Translations under genes and position numbers: made by a program
Origin: Dehalococcoidia bacterium
GTDB lineage: Bacteria; Chloroflexota; Dehalococcoidia; Lucifugimonadales; Lucifugimonadaceae
Assembly (NCBI GenBank): GCA_963580625.1
Contig: CAUZKS010000001.1
Span: 1-41,269 of the forward strand
Length of the DNA: 41,269 nt
Reading direction: 5' to 3'
Shown: positions 25,139-35,585 of the stretch, piece by piece
Position numbering within the stretch: position 1 is the first letter of the stretch
How the letters are laid out: every line of letters starts with the position of its first letter
Notes under the pieces: generated by a model
Seen by the model: the letters and a program-made list of their open reading frames with translations, nothing else
Told to the model about the DNA's origin: nothing
Database searches by the model: none

Positions 25139-26968
25139 ATGTTCGGGCCAATCGCGGGGAACAACCAGATGTATCGAGACATGACCTGCGGCGAGCCGCG
25201 CCAGACAGACTCCGACAAAATCATCACACTCTCCGGCTGGGTGCACAGGCGCCGTGATCATGGCGGTCTTACGTTTATCGACCTCCGTGACTACTCGGGC
25301 CTCATGCAGGTGGTGTTCAACGAGGACACCGCCCCGGACGCCCACACTCTTGCCGGTGATCTACGGAGTGAGTGGGTCGTACAGATCAAAGGCACCGTTC
25401 AGGAACGCCGGGCCGGCGCCGAAAACCCTGACCTTCCGACCGGATCGGTTGAGTTGATCGCGTCCGAACTTACGGTCCTGAACCGATCAGAAACGCCGCC
25501 GTTCGAGATCGAGGATGACCTCAACGTCGCCGACGAGACCCGGCTTCGGTACCGATTTGTGGACCTCCGCAGGCCGCGGATGTACAAAAACTTGAAGCTG
25601 CGTCATGACGTGATCCAGTCAGCTCGTACCTACATGGTGGCTGAGGGTTTCTTGGAGATCGAGACGCCTATCCTGCTGAAGTCGACCCCAGAAGGCGCTC
25701 GTGACTACGTCGTGCCGAGCCGGGTCCACCCGGGTACGTTTTATGCGCTCCCACAGTCACCACAACAGTTGAAACAATTGTTGATGGTCTCCGGAGTGGA
25801 CCGTTATTTCCAGTTTGCTCATTGTTTCCGGGACGAAGACCTTCGCGCGGACCGTCAACCGGAGCACACCCAGATCGACTTTGAGATGTCGTTCGTTGAG
25901 CAGGAAGACGTGTTGCAGGTACTTGAAGGTCTGTACACGACGATAGTGGCGCAGACCCGGCCTGTCCTGCAGGTACCCACTCCGTTCCCGCGTATGACAT
26001 ATGCGGAAGCGATTGAGAGATACGCGACAGACAAGCCGGACATTCGTTTCGGCATGGAGGTTTCACGACTTACCGACGTCGTGGTTAACTCAGGATTCGG
26101 CGTTTTCGAGTCTGTGGTTGCCGGTGGCGGAGCGATCCGAGCGATCGTCGCGGAGGGTTGTGCCGACTACACTCGGCGGCAAACGGATGAGTTGATCGAG
26201 TTCGTCAAGAGCAGCGGTGCGCAGGGTCTGATCCCGATGCACATCTCTGCGAGCGTGGCCAGCCTGAATGAGGTGACGGTAGATGACATCCGCTCCCCCA
26301 TCCGCAACCACGTATCGCTGGACACGCTAAAGGACATCGCGAAGACGGCCGGAGCGGGACCGGGCGATCTTATTTTGATCATCGCCGGGCCTGAGGGCGT
26401 CGTTAACACCGCCATTAGCAACCTGCGGGGTGAGATGGGTCGTCGGCTTGAGCTGGCCGATCCCAACGTCTTCAATTTTGTATTCGTCGTCGACTTCCCG
26501 TTGTTTGAGTGGGATGAAGACCGCAACGGTTGGGCTGCGATGCATCACGTGTTCACCTCGCCACGACAGCAGGACCTCGCGTTATTGGATACAGATCCGG
26601 GAGCAGCGCTCGGGCAGTTGTACGATCTCGTGCTGAACGGCGTTGAGCTTGGCAGTGGGAGTATCCGCATCATTGATCGCGCGGTGCAGGAAAAGGTGTT
26701 CGAGTTGATCGGACACTCTACGGAGCAGGTTGACCAGAGATTTGGCCAACTACTACGTGCGTTCGAGTACGGAGCACCGCCCCACGGCGGGATGGGCCTC
26801 GGCCTGGACCGAATCGTGATGTTGCTTGCGGGAGAGGACAACATCCGAGAAGTAATCGCCTTCCCGAAAACACAGGCTGCAGTGGATCCGCTGTTCGATG
26901 CCCCCGGCAGGATCACGAATGAACAGCTCGAAGAGTTGTCAATTCGCGTAGTCAATTCTGACGGATAA
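25139..26968 (+). CDS. aspS: Aspartate--tRNA ligase
   Basis: 609 aa. N-terminal OB fold (LSGWVHRRRDHGGLTFIDLRD), class II motif 2 FRDEDLRADRQPEHTQID and motif 3 GGMGLGLDRIVM. Confidence 0.95.
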   Translation: MFGPIAGNNQMYRDMTCGEPRQTDSDKIITLSGWVHRRRDHGGLTFIDLRDYSGLMQVVFNEDTAPDAHTLAGDLRSEWVVQIKGTVQERRAGAENPDLPTGSVELIASELTVLNRSETPPFEIEDDLNVADETRLRYRFVDLRRPRMYKNLKLRHDVIQSARTYMVAEGFLEIETPILLKSTPEGARDYVVPSRVHPGTFYALPQSPQQLKQLLMVSGVDRYFQFAHCFRDEDLRADRQPEHTQIDFEMSFVEQEDVLQVLEGLYTTIVAQTRPVLQVPTPFPRMTYAEAIERYATDKPDIRFGMEVSRLTDVVVNSGFGVFESVVAGGGAIRAIVAEGCADYTRRQTDELIEFVKSSGAQGLIPMHISASVASLNEVTVDDIRSPIRNHVSLDTLKDIAKTAGAGPGDLILIIAGPEGVVNTAISNLRGEMGRRLELADPNVFNFVFVVDFPLFEWDEDRNGWAAMHHVFTSPRQQDLALLDTDPGAALGQLYDLVLNGVELGSGSIRIIDRAVQEKVFELIGHSTEQVDQRFGQLLRAFEYGAPPHGGMGLGLDRIVMLLAGEDNIREVIAFPKTQAAVDPLFDAPGRITNEQLEELSIRVVNSDG

Positions 26969-27001
26969 CAGCAGCCCACAAAGGGTACACGCACCGCTGC
27001 C

Positions 27002-27029
27002 GTGAACTGCGGATTCGCGGTGATATAAT
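27002..27029 (+). promoter_or_regulatory. Candidate sigma-70 promoter for tig
   Basis: Extended -10 TGATATAAT (27021-27029), a weak -35 GTGAAC (27002-27007) with a 16-nt spacer, and a GGGAG Shine-Dalgarno before the TTG start at 27086. Confidence 0.35.
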
Positions 27030-27085
27030 TTCGGACACCCTCCAATCGTGAGCCGAGGGTTATCGCGGCACGGGAGAAATCGAAT

Positions 27086-28444
27086 TTGAAGGTCACCCAG
27101 GACGAGGTTGTGGACCGGCAGGCGCTGCTCCACGTTGAGATCGAAGACGAACGGCTTGAAACGCACCTACAGCGTGCGTATCAGAAGCTCGTCCAACGGA
27201 CCACCATTCCCGGTTTTCGAAAGGGCAAGGCGCCCCGAAGGCTGTTCGAGCAAATGGTCGGTCGGTCAGTGCTGGTTGAAGAGGCGCTCGAAACGCTTGT
27301 TCCCGACGCTGTTGCGGCGGCGATCGAGCAAGAAGATATCGACTCGTACGGCACGCCTCGTGTGAGCGTCACGGAGTACGAACCGGTCCCAAAACTTGAT
27401 GTCACTGTGCCTCTAAGGCCGACCGTGAATCTTGGCGATTACGCCGGGCTTGATCTGGAAGAAGAGCTGGAAGAGGTAACGGACGAGCAGGTGGACCAGG
27501 CCGTGGAGCAGGCTCAATTCAGCCTCGCCACATGGGACCCGGTGGAGCGTGCGCTTGAGTCTGGCGATCTCGCCGTGCTAACAGTCCTAGGCAAAGCGGG
27601 CGACGAAGAGGTGTTGAACGGCGATAACGTTGAGTTCATCCTCAGCGACGACAACGAGACGCCCATCCCCGGTTTTACCGATGCGATCATCGGCATGGAG
27701 TCCGGCCAGACCAAAGAGTTCACGCTCGACATCGCGGAAGATTTTCCAGGCGAACAGGTCGCCGGGAAGACTGTCGAATGCAAAGTAGAATTGTTCGAAG
27801 TCAAATTCCGCAATCTGCCCGATATCGACGACGATCTCGCCCGCAGTGTCGGACAGGGTTATGAGTCGATGGATGAGATGAAGACGGGCCTGCGAACGCA
27901 GTTTGAGGAAACGGCAAGTACCGCCGCACAACGACAGCTTCAGGAAAAGATCCTGGATGCTTTGCTGGAAACGAGCGTGTTCGAGATCCCGCCGTTGATC
28001 GTTGAGCACGAAGCGGAACACGTACTGAATGACCAGCAGCAGGCGCTGGCCCGCTATCAGGTTTCGATGCAGGATTATATGGAGAACGCAGGAAAGAGCG
28101 GCGAAGAGATCCTCGAAGAGGCCAGGGAATCCGCTTCGACGCGACTCAAGCGGACGCTCCTTGTCGAAGAAGTCGCAAAAGTCGAGGAGATCGAGGTCTC
28201 TGACGAGGACGTGGAAGTCGAAATCGAAACCCTGATGGCGAACGCGGGGCCCCAGGCAGATCGATCTCAAGTCGAGTCAGACGAAGCGCAAGCTTCGATC
28301 AGATCGATGGTTTTGAGACGAAAGTCCGTCGAAAAGCTGGCGGAGATAGTACAGTCAAAGGGAGGGACGCCCGCTAAGGCCGCAGCGACCGATGCTGAGG
28401 ACACCGCGGGCGATGACGAGAACACGGACGAAGAGTCCTCTTAG
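27086..28444 (+). CDS. tig: Trigger factor
   Basis: 452 aa. Ribosome-binding signature IPGFRKGKAP, a central FKBP-type PPIase region and an acidic C-terminal tail. TTG start. Conserved tig-clpP-clpX order. Confidence 0.9.
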   Translation: MKVTQDEVVDRQALLHVEIEDERLETHLQRAYQKLVQRTTIPGFRKGKAPRRLFEQMVGRSVLVEEALETLVPDAVAAAIEQEDIDSYGTPRVSVTEYEPVPKLDVTVPLRPTVNLGDYAGLDLEEELEEVTDEQVDQAVEQAQFSLATWDPVERALESGDLAVLTVLGKAGDEEVLNGDNVEFILSDDNETPIPGFTDAIIGMESGQTKEFTLDIAEDFPGEQVAGKTVECKVELFEVKFRNLPDIDDDLARSVGQGYESMDEMKTGLRTQFEETASTAAQRQLQEKILDALLETSVFEIPPLIVEHEAEHVLNDQQQALARYQVSMQDYMENAGKSGEEILEEARESASTRLKRTLLVEEVAKVEEIEVSDEDVEVEIETLMANAGPQADRSQVESDEAQASIRSMVLRRKSVEKLAEIVQSKGGTPAKAAATDAEDTAGDDENTDEESS

Positions 28445-28560
28445 GAGTCTGTCGACTGTTCCGTGGATTAACGAATACACCGCACGCATACGCAGTCACC
28501 GAGCCAGCTTGAAGAAACACCGACCGGGACAACCCGGTCAATTGGATAAAGGACATCTGA

Positions 28561-29214
28561 ATGCTGATGAGGCCTGAACATTCAATGCAGCGTCCCGAAG
28601 ACATCGTTCCGATGGTCATCGAGACAGGCGCACGCGGCGAACGAGCCTTCGATATATATTCGCTCCTATTGAAGGAACGGATTATCTTCCTTGGCACCCC
28701 GATCAACGCCCAAGTGGCGAACGTGATCGTCGCGCAACTTCTGTATCTGGACCGGGAAGACCCGGACCGGGACATCAACATGTATATCAACTCACCCGGT
28801 GGGGTGATCTACGATGGTCTTGCGATCTTCGACACGATGCAGATGCTTCGGGCCGATGTTTCCACGATATGTGTGGGCGCCGCAGCCAGCATGGGCACCA
28901 TCCTTCTGGCAGCTGGTCAGAAGGGCAAGCGATACGCCCTGCCGAACTCAACTATCCACATGCACCAGCCGCTTGGCGGGGCGCAGGGACAGGCTAGTGA
29001 TATCGAGATCCACGCCCGTGAGATTCTGCGGTTGCAGGACACCTTGCGCGGAATTCTTGTCGATACCACGGATCAGCCATACGACACGGTCGCCCGGGAT
29101 ACCGACCGGGACCGATTCATGACGGCGGATCAGGCGGTTGAGTACGGACTCATCGATGAGGTCCTCAAGAAGCCTGACGATTCGGCCGAAGGTGACAGTC
29201 AGGCAGCCGATTAA
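28561..29214 (+). CDS. clpP: ATP-dependent Clp protease proteolytic subunit
   Basis: 217 aa. RIIFLG, INSPGG, the catalytic Ser in GAAASMG and His in IHMHQP. Confidence 0.95.
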   Translation: MLMRPEHSMQRPEDIVPMVIETGARGERAFDIYSLLLKERIIFLGTPINAQVANVIVAQLLYLDREDPDRDINMYINSPGGVIYDGLAIFDTMQMLRADVSTICVGAAASMGTILLAAGQKGKRYALPNSTIHMHQPLGGAQGQASDIEIHAREILRLQDTLRGILVDTTDQPYDTVARDTDRDRFMTADQAVEYGLIDEVLKKPDDSAEGDSQAAD

Positions 29215-29302
29215 CTTACCCATCTAAAAGCTCCCTATATGAACGGGGCACTGTGCTAACAACAGGCGTCAGGCTCCGATCGGCGAAGGCTCGGTAGAGG
29301 CG

Positions 29303-30613
29303 ATGACAACAGACATTCCACAAGGCCCAGAAGGTCCCGGCGGCCAGCCTCCGGAGACTTACGTTTGTTCTTTTTGCGGTAAATCGCAGCAGGCGGTAAG
29401 GCGGCTCATAGCTGGCCCGTCAAAGATATTTATTTGCGACGAGTGTGTGGACCGGTGCCACCAGATCATCGCCGATGATCAGGCGCCGATCGCAGCGGTC
29501 CCGCACGGTCTGCCTCGTACTCCACGCGAGATTTTCGAGCGGCTCAACGAATACGTGATCGGTCAGGAACGGGCCAAGCGTGTTGTCAGCGTTGGCGTTT
29601 ACAACCACTACAAGCGTGTGTGGCGCCCGGTCCCGGATTCCGATATCGAGCTGGCGAAGACAAACATCATGTTGGTCGGCCCGACGGGCTCCGGCAAGAC
29701 GCATCTCGCGCAGACTCTCGCCCGAATCTTGGACGTTCCGTTCGCCATTACCGACGCAACTCCGCTTACTGAGGCCGGTTACGTCGGCGAGGACGTGGAA
29801 AACATCCTCCTGCGCCTGATTCAGGCTGCGGACTTCGACATCTCCCGTGCCGAGCAGGGGATTATCTACATCGACGAGATCGACAAGATCGCCCGAAAAG
29901 CGGCGAACCCATCGATCACGCGTGACGTTTCAGGTGAGGGCGTCCAGCAGGCGCTCCTGAAGATCCTTGAGGGATCAGTCGCAAACGTTCCGCCACAAGG
30001 TGGGCGTAAGCACCCCCACCAGGAATTTATTCAGATCGACACTTCGAACATCCTGTTCATACTTGGTGGCGCTTTCGAAGACCTGAACGCGGTGATAGAG
30101 CGACGTCTTTCAGCTGGCTCGAGCATGGGCTTCGGCAGCAGTGGCGTGAACCACACGACCGAAGAAGACCAAGATCAGATCTACACGCAGGTCACGCCTG
30201 AGGACTTGCTTGAATACGGGTTCATCCCGGAGTTCATTGGCCGCGTGCCGTTGAGCGTCGGCCTGTCTGACTTGAGCGAATCACAATTGGTTCAGGTGCT
30301 TACCGAGCCGCGAAACGCGCTCGCCAAGCAGTACCAGGCTTTGTTTGAGATGGACGATGTGGAGCTTGAGTTCACGCCGTCTGCGCTTGACGCAATGGCA
30401 TCTGACGCAAAGAAACGACGCGCCGGAGCACGTGGGCTACGTGCCATTCTCGAAGAAACGCTGCTCGACATCATGTACGAGATTCCCTCGATGGATGCCG
30501 TAGAAAAATGCATCATTGACGCGCCGACCGTCACCGACGGGGAACCGCCGGTGCTGCTCGACGGTGATGGGTCCAGGGTTGATTTCGAGATGCCGGAGCG
30601 ACCAGCCGCATAG
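29303..30613 (+). CDS. clpX: ATP-dependent Clp protease ATP-binding subunit ClpX
   Basis: 436 aa. N-terminal C4 zinc ribbon CSFCGK...CDECV, Walker A GPTGSGKT, Walker [10 protein letters not shown], and GARGLR. Confidence 0.95.
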   Translation: MTTDIPQGPEGPGGQPPETYVCSFCGKSQQAVRRLIAGPSKIFICDECVDRCHQIIADDQAPIAAVPHGLPRTPREIFERLNEYVIGQERAKRVVSVGVYNHYKRVWRPVPDSDIELAKTNIMLVGPTGSGKTHLAQTLARILDVPFAITDATPLTEAGYVGEDVENILLRLIQAADFDISRAEQGIIYIDEIDKIARKAANPSITRDVSGEGVQQALLKILEGSVANVPPQGGRKHPHQEFIQIDTSNILFILGGAFEDLNAVIERRLSAGSSMGFGSSGVNHTTEEDQDQIYTQVTPEDLLEYGFIPEFIGRVPLSVGLSDLSESQLVQVLTEPRNALAKQYQALFEMDDVELEFTPSALDAMASDAKKRRAGARGLRAILEETLLDIMYEIPSMDAVEKCIIDAPTVTDGEPPVLLDGDGSRVDFEMPERPAA

Positions 30614-30709
30614 CAGAACGAGTGACGGAACCAGAACGGTGATGAACAACGGGGTTTCGACGCTGACGCGTCGTAGCCCCGTTTTCGCGAACGCCAGATA
30701 CCCGGGCCT

Positions 30710-31519
30710 TTATTTTGGGGTCAGGCCCGGCTCTATTTCGGCGCTAAGATCCAGCGCATCACCCTGCCCCGCAGAGTTGAGATCGATTCTGCCATCGCCT
30801 ATGGCTGCGAGGGTCGCTACAAGCAAGGGACGCTCACGTTCCACCCCTGCGGCACGAATTGCTTTGAACAGTGGAAGGTCGTCGTCCGGAGCAGTCCGTA
30901 GCTCTTCGATCGTCCGCTCCCCGATTTCGGACCAAGCGTCTGCGTAATTCTGGCCTGAAAGAGAAAACCGACAGTAGGCGACGACCGGGCCAAGGTCCAA
31001 CGCTTCCGTTGCCACGTGGATCATCACGCCGGACTCGTTCGCACGGCTCCGGATCAGCTCCCAGATAACCTGGTCGATCATGCCGATCGGCCCGCCAGGG
31101 AGTGCCGGGTGCAGGTTGACCATGATGAAATGCTGGCACAGGACCGGGGCGATGAGCATGTAGCCAGCGGTCACGGACACATCAACGGAGTAGGGTTCAA
31201 GCATCTCAAGAACCGCTTCATCAAACTTCCCGCGTAGCTCAGACCATGGGGCCCGTCCGTTGTCGGTCCTGAACCTCTGCGATGAGAGCACGACCAGCGG
31301 GATCCCCCGTTCCTCAACGAGGTCCATGTAGCTATCAGTGCCTTTGTGCTGCCCGCGCTCGCGGTTAACGAACACAAATTCAATCTGTCCGTTCAGCGCG
31401 CCCGAGTCGATCGCGTCCAGCGCAGCGACCAGCAGGCCGCGAGAGCCCTCTCCGCGTCCGGTGGAGAACCATCCCAGCTTTAACGGAGCGCCGGGCTTCT
31501 GTGTTTCAGCGCTGGTCAT
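30710..31519 (-). CDS. Formyltransferase family protein (PurN-like) with a C-terminal extension
   Basis: 269 aa. VNLHPALPGG (Asn/His of the PurN active site) and HVATEALDLGPV (Asp). About 60-70 extra residues follow the PurN-like core. Confidence 0.65.
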   Translation of the reverse strand: MTSAETQKPGAPLKLGWFSTGRGEGSRGLLVAALDAIDSGALNGQIEFVFVNRERGQHKGTDSYMDLVEERGIPLVVLSSQRFRTDNGRAPWSELRGKFDEAVLEMLEPYSVDVSVTAGYMLIAPVLCQHFIMVNLHPALPGGPIGMIDQVIWELIRSRANESGVMIHVATEALDLGPVVAYCRFSLSGQNYADAWSEIGERTIEELRTAPDDDLPLFKAIRAAGVERERPLLVATLAAIGDGRIDLNSAGQGDALDLSAEIEPGLTPK

Positions 31520-31524
31520 CGGGG

Positions 31525-31818
31525 CTATTCGCCAAAATCATTTGGCTCGTCGTCAGACTCTTCTGGTACGAACCGCATCTGTTCTGCAAAGGCGGACTGT
31601 AGGCGGGTCACCTTGAGCTCGGTCGCCGACAACAATTCGTTGCACCGTTTTGCCAGTCCCATGCCTTCCTCAAACAGGCGTATTGAGTTGTCAAGAGACA
31701 GCGGCCCTGTCTCAAGCTTGCGGACCGCATCTTCCAGCCGGGAGAAAGCATCTTCAAAGCTTTCCGGTTCCTGATCCGCTTTGGAATCGGCGTCCTGTTG
31801 TGCCCGTCTGGGACTCAT
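31525..31818 (-). CDS. xseB: Exodeoxyribonuclease VII small subunit
   Basis: 97 aa. FEDAFSRLEDAVRKLETGPLSLDNSIRLFEEGMGLAKRC is the XseB signature. It lies downstream of xseA. Confidence 0.85.
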   Translation of the reverse strand: MSPRRAQQDADSKADQEPESFEDAFSRLEDAVRKLETGPLSLDNSIRLFEEGMGLAKRCNELLSATELKVTRLQSAFAEQMRFVPEESDDEPNDFGE

Positions 31819-31896
31819 GATTGATTCGTTCCTGTCGTGTGGAATTCGGCTACTGATTACTATCGATCGGAATCACCGAAACTGGATTTCAGGTTA

Positions 31897-33117
31897 TCAG
31901 CGCGTGGGCGGGCCGTCACCGCGCCGCGGTCGCACCTCTATCGCCTCGGCGCTCACCTCACCGTCCATTAATGCAAGCTCAAAGGAGTCTCCCGGGGCAA
32001 GGTCCGTTACAGAACTGATTATCGACCCATTTTCTCCTCTGACGACTGCGTAACCACGGGAGAGGATCGCTGAAGGGTCCAGGGCCGATAACTGTAACTC
32101 CAGTGATCTGAGTCTCTCTCGATGGATCGCCAGGGACTGCCCAAGTGCCTGGCCGGCGGCCCTGAGGAGTTCATCGACACGCTGTCCTGGGTGCCTGGTT
32201 TCCGGCGCGAGAAATGCTAGGCGGTCAACCGCCTGTTCGAGTCGCATTCGATGATCTGTGGTCTGTCGAGACGCCCGATCCGAGAGTCGGTTGGCGAATC
32301 CGGCCACTGCGGCGGCCAGTTCGCGCCGGTCTGGAACCACGATCTCGGCGGCTGCGGACGGGGTCGGCGCTCTCACGTCTGCGACGAGATCGGTGATGGT
32401 GACGTCTGTCTCGTGTCCTACTCCGCTCACGACGGGTATCTCGGAACCGAAAATGGCCCGTGCCACGATCTCCTCGTTGAAAGCCCACAAGTCTTCAAGG
32501 GAGCCGCCACCGCGGGCCACGATGATGACATCAATACCCGGGTCCAGGTTGAGCGCCCCTATCGCCTCCACAATGCCCGGGGCCGCGGCGTCACCCTGTA
32601 CCGCTGTCGCCGCGAGGATAAGTTCTACCAGTGGGTACCGGCGTTGCAGGACGTTCGTGATGTCCTGAATGACCGCCCCCGTTGGGGACGTCACCACGCC
32701 TATTCGTTTCGGAAACGGCGGTAGTTCACGTTTGCGTGCGACGCTAAAGAGCCCTTCAGAGTCCAGTTGCCGTCTGAGAGCCTCAAACGCCTGCTGTAGC
32801 GCGCCGACGCCTTCAGGTTTGACCATGTCGACGTAGAACTGGAGGTCACCGCGCACTGTGTATATGGAAACGCGACCGTGAGCGAGGACCTCAGCCCCAT
32901 CCTGAAGAAACTCGGCGCCACGTGCCGGTCTGAACTGGACACAACGCATCGCGCCTTCGGCGTCGCGTAGCGTGAAGTAGTGGTGCCCGGACCCGGCCCG
33001 GACGTGGTTCGAGACCTCGCCCCTCACCCACAGATCGGAGAGGCTGGGGTCATTCTCAAGTAGATCCTTCAGATAGGTAGCGACCTGAGAGACCGTATAT
33101 GCAGTCTGCGTGGTCAT
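31897..33117 (-). CDS. xseA: Exodeoxyribonuclease VII large subunit
   Basis: 406 aa. N-terminal OB fold (LWVRGEVSN...SGHHYFTLRD), IGVVTSPTGAVIQD, ARGGGSLEDLW and SGVGHETD. Confidence 0.9.
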   Translation of the reverse strand: MTTQTAYTVSQVATYLKDLLENDPSLSDLWVRGEVSNHVRAGSGHHYFTLRDAEGAMRCVQFRPARGAEFLQDGAEVLAHGRVSIYTVRGDLQFYVDMVKPEGVGALQQAFEALRRQLDSEGLFSVARKRELPPFPKRIGVVTSPTGAVIQDITNVLQRRYPLVELILAATAVQGDAAAPGIVEAIGALNLDPGIDVIIVARGGGSLEDLWAFNEEIVARAIFGSEIPVVSGVGHETDVTITDLVADVRAPTPSAAAEIVVPDRRELAAAVAGFANRLSDRASRQTTDHRMRLEQAVDRLAFLAPETRHPGQRVDELLRAAGQALGQSLAIHRERLRSLELQLSALDPSAILSRGYAVVRGENGSIISSVTDLAPGDSFELALMDGEVSAEAIEVRPRRGDGPPTR

Positions 33118-33206
33118 AGGCTCGATAGGCCCCGGTGGGGCGGTTATCTAGATGGACTTATTTCGAGTTGAATGTTCAGATCGCTACGATACTTCTGCCC
33201 GATCCG

Positions 33207-33773
33207 TTAGTCTCGGACCCGTTCCAAATACTCGCCCGATCGGGTATCTACCTTGAGCACTTCGCCCGCGCTGATAAACAGGGGCACCGTCACCGAGATC
33301 CCGGTCTCCAATTTGGCCTGCTTGGTTGCACCGGTTGCGGTGTTGCCGGCCACGGCCATCTCCGTTTCGACGACGGTGAGGTTTACGGTGATTGGCGCTT
33401 CCACCTGGATGACGCTGCCTTCGTAGAAGAGCAGGTCCAGGCTATCGCCTTCCCTGATGTAGTTCAGGGCATCGCCAAGGACCTCTTCAACAACCGGAAA
33501 CTGGTCAAACGTATCGTTGTCCATAAAGGTGTGAAGGTCGCCCTCTGAGTAGAGGAACTGCGACGACCGACGGTCCATCGGGGCGACGGTAAGCTTGTGG
33601 TTGCCGTGTACTTTTCGCTCAAAAACGTTGCCTGTCTTAACGTTGCGCAACTTCATCGTGAGGGTCGGGGGGGCCTTGGGCGCCTGGCGATGCTGCCACT
33701 CCATGATGGTGTACACCTCTCCCTCGAAGAGGATGCTCATGTTGCGCTTAATCTCACTTGAGCTGATGGTCAT
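33207..33773 (-). CDS. efp: Elongation factor P
   Basis: 188 aa. Collinear with E. coli EF-P through the C-terminal VPLFISAGEVLKVDTRSGEYLERV. The loop around the conserved Lys reads RQAPKAPP instead of VKPGKGQA. Confidence 0.9.
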   Translation of the reverse strand: MTISSSEIKRNMSILFEGEVYTIMEWQHRQAPKAPPTLTMKLRNVKTGNVFERKVHGNHKLTVAPMDRRSSQFLYSEGDLHTFMDNDTFDQFPVVEEVLGDALNYIREGDSLDLLFYEGSVIQVEAPITVNLTVVETEMAVAGNTATGATKQAKLETGISVTVPLFISAGEVLKVDTRSGEYLERVRD

Positions 33774-33860
33774 TTCTGGTCCTTGAAAAGGTACAGTTGG
33801 GAATTAGTAGCCGGTGGTGGTGGCGGCACATGGTGCCGTTATGATGGTTTGCCGGGAGTT

Positions 33861-34949
33861 CTAAGTCTCTATCTTGGGAGCGTGGCTGAGCACTCGAGCC
33901 TTGCCGTTTTCCAGCACGACGACATCCTCTATCCGAACGCCGCCCCAGCCTGATATGTAGATTCCTGGTTCGATGGTAAACGTCATTCCGTCTTCAAGTT
34001 TGGTTTCGACCCGGGATGCGACCCACGGTGCTTCATGGACTTCCAACCCCACGCCATGTCCGAGGCTGTGTCCGAACTCATCCCCATACCCAGCTTCCAC
34101 GATAACCGCTCGTGCGAGGCTGTCGGCGTCAGCACCTGTCATGCCGGCTTCGATGCTCTCGATGGCGGTCAACTGCGCCGCAAGCACGGTGTCGTACACT
34201 TTCTTGAACTGATCTTCCAGTTCGCCGACGACCACGGTGCGTGTCAGGTCGCTGCAGTAGCCCTGGTATCGAGCACCCATGTCGATGACGATCGATTCAC
34301 CTTCTTGGATTTTGCGATCCCCGGCCCTGTGATGCGGGAGTGCCGCGTTAGGGCCGGAACCGACGATGGTCGGGAATGAAAGCGACTCGGCGCCCTGTTC
34401 CCTGACCTTCACTTCTATGCGCCATGCGATCTCGTCTTCGGTATCGCCGACGGCAATGGTTTTTGCGACCTCTGCGAAGGCATGGTCCGCGATGTCAATC
34501 GATCGTTGAAGTAAGGCCAGCTCGTCGGAATCTTTAAACGCTCTTAAACCGAGCGGAACACCGGTAGTCGGGACAAGGTCTAATTCGACCGCGCCGTTTT
34601 CTACTTCCGTGGTAGCCGCTTTGAATCGATCGAGAAGCTGGACTGTGACGTTGTCCGCCTCGAAGCCGAGGCGTTTGACCCCGAACTCTGCGAGGAGTCC
34701 CGGCAGCCAGTCGAGCCGTCCCGTAATCCTGTCTACGCGATAGTCCGGCGCCTGGTTACTGGCTTGCTCCGTATAGCGGGAATCGGTGGCCAGCACCGCG
34801 CCGTCCTGCGTTATGAACAGATAGCCGGCGGTTCCCACAAACCCCGACAGATAACGTCGATTCTCGTCGTCGGTCACCAGCATGGCGTCGACGCCGAGTT
34901 CCTCAAACTTCGAGCGAAGGTTGTCGATTCGGCCGGCGATGGCGCTCAA
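33861..34949 (-). CDS. pepP: M24 family Xaa-Pro aminopeptidase
   Basis: 362 aa. Creatinase-like N-domain, then the metal ligands of the pita-bread fold (IDMGARYQGYCSDLTRT, HSLGHGVGLEVHE, EPGIY, IEDVV). Confidence 0.85.
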   Translation of the reverse strand: MSAIAGRIDNLRSKFEELGVDAMLVTDDENRRYLSGFVGTAGYLFITQDGAVLATDSRYTEQASNQAPDYRVDRITGRLDWLPGLLAEFGVKRLGFEADNVTVQLLDRFKAATTEVENGAVELDLVPTTGVPLGLRAFKDSDELALLQRSIDIADHAFAEVAKTIAVGDTEDEIAWRIEVKVREQGAESLSFPTIVGSGPNAALPHHRAGDRKIQEGESIVIDMGARYQGYCSDLTRTVVVGELEDQFKKVYDTVLAAQLTAIESIEAGMTGADADSLARAVIVEAGYGDEFGHSLGHGVGLEVHEAPWVASRVETKLEDGMTFTIEPGIYISGWGGVRIEDVVVLENGKARVLSHAPKIET

Positions 34950-35395
34950 GCAGCGCCGCCTTCCCGCAGGTGGTGTGTCATGTGCTCCAATGCGTACAGG
35001 TACCCGCGCCAGCCGAGGCCCGCGATCTGCCCGACCGCGATCGGCGCTATGACCGAATGTCGCCGGAACTCTTCCCGTGCGTGGATATTGGAAAGGTGGA
35101 CCTCTATCAGTGGCAGCCCGGCGTCACGCAGAGCGTCCCCAAGTGAGTAGCCCACACCGGTCAGTGCAGCGGGGTTGACGACGATACCGTCGACACCACC
35201 GGAGTTTTCTTGGAGGAAGTCGACGATCGCGCCCTCGTAGTTGGATTGGAAGAACTGAACCTCTACGCCAAGTTCGCTGGCGCGATCGGTTATCGCCGCC
35301 TCGATCTCGGGGAGCGTCATGCTTCCGTATTGACCGGGATCCCGGCGTCCCAGGTTGTTCAAATTAGGTCCGTTTATGACGAGTATTTTGGTCAC
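34946..35395 (-). CDS. aroQ: Type II 3-dehydroquinate dehydratase
   Basis: 149 aa. ILVINGPNLNNLGRRDPGQYG, QSNYEGAIVD and HLSNIHAREEFR. It overlaps pepP by 4 nt. Confidence 0.9.
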   Translation of the reverse strand: MTKILVINGPNLNNLGRRDPGQYGSMTLPEIEAAITDRASELGVEVQFFQSNYEGAIVDFLQENSGGVDGIVVNPAALTGVGYSLGDALRDAGLPLIEVHLSNIHAREEFRRHSVIAPIAVGQIAGLGWRGYLYALEHMTHHLREGGAA

Positions 35396-35585
35396 GCGAT
35401 ATCAGTTCTCCCGGCCCAACATGCTACGCGAGCGTATTACGGGCGGTGTCGTTTCGAAGCGTGTCGGCAGATAGGGTACAACGTCGGTAGGTATCGAAGC
35501 TTCCGGGACGTCACCCACTCCTGAAACTTGTACTCATACAAAGTTCAGCGTCGACGCCAGAAATCAGGCCTAATCAACCCCATAT

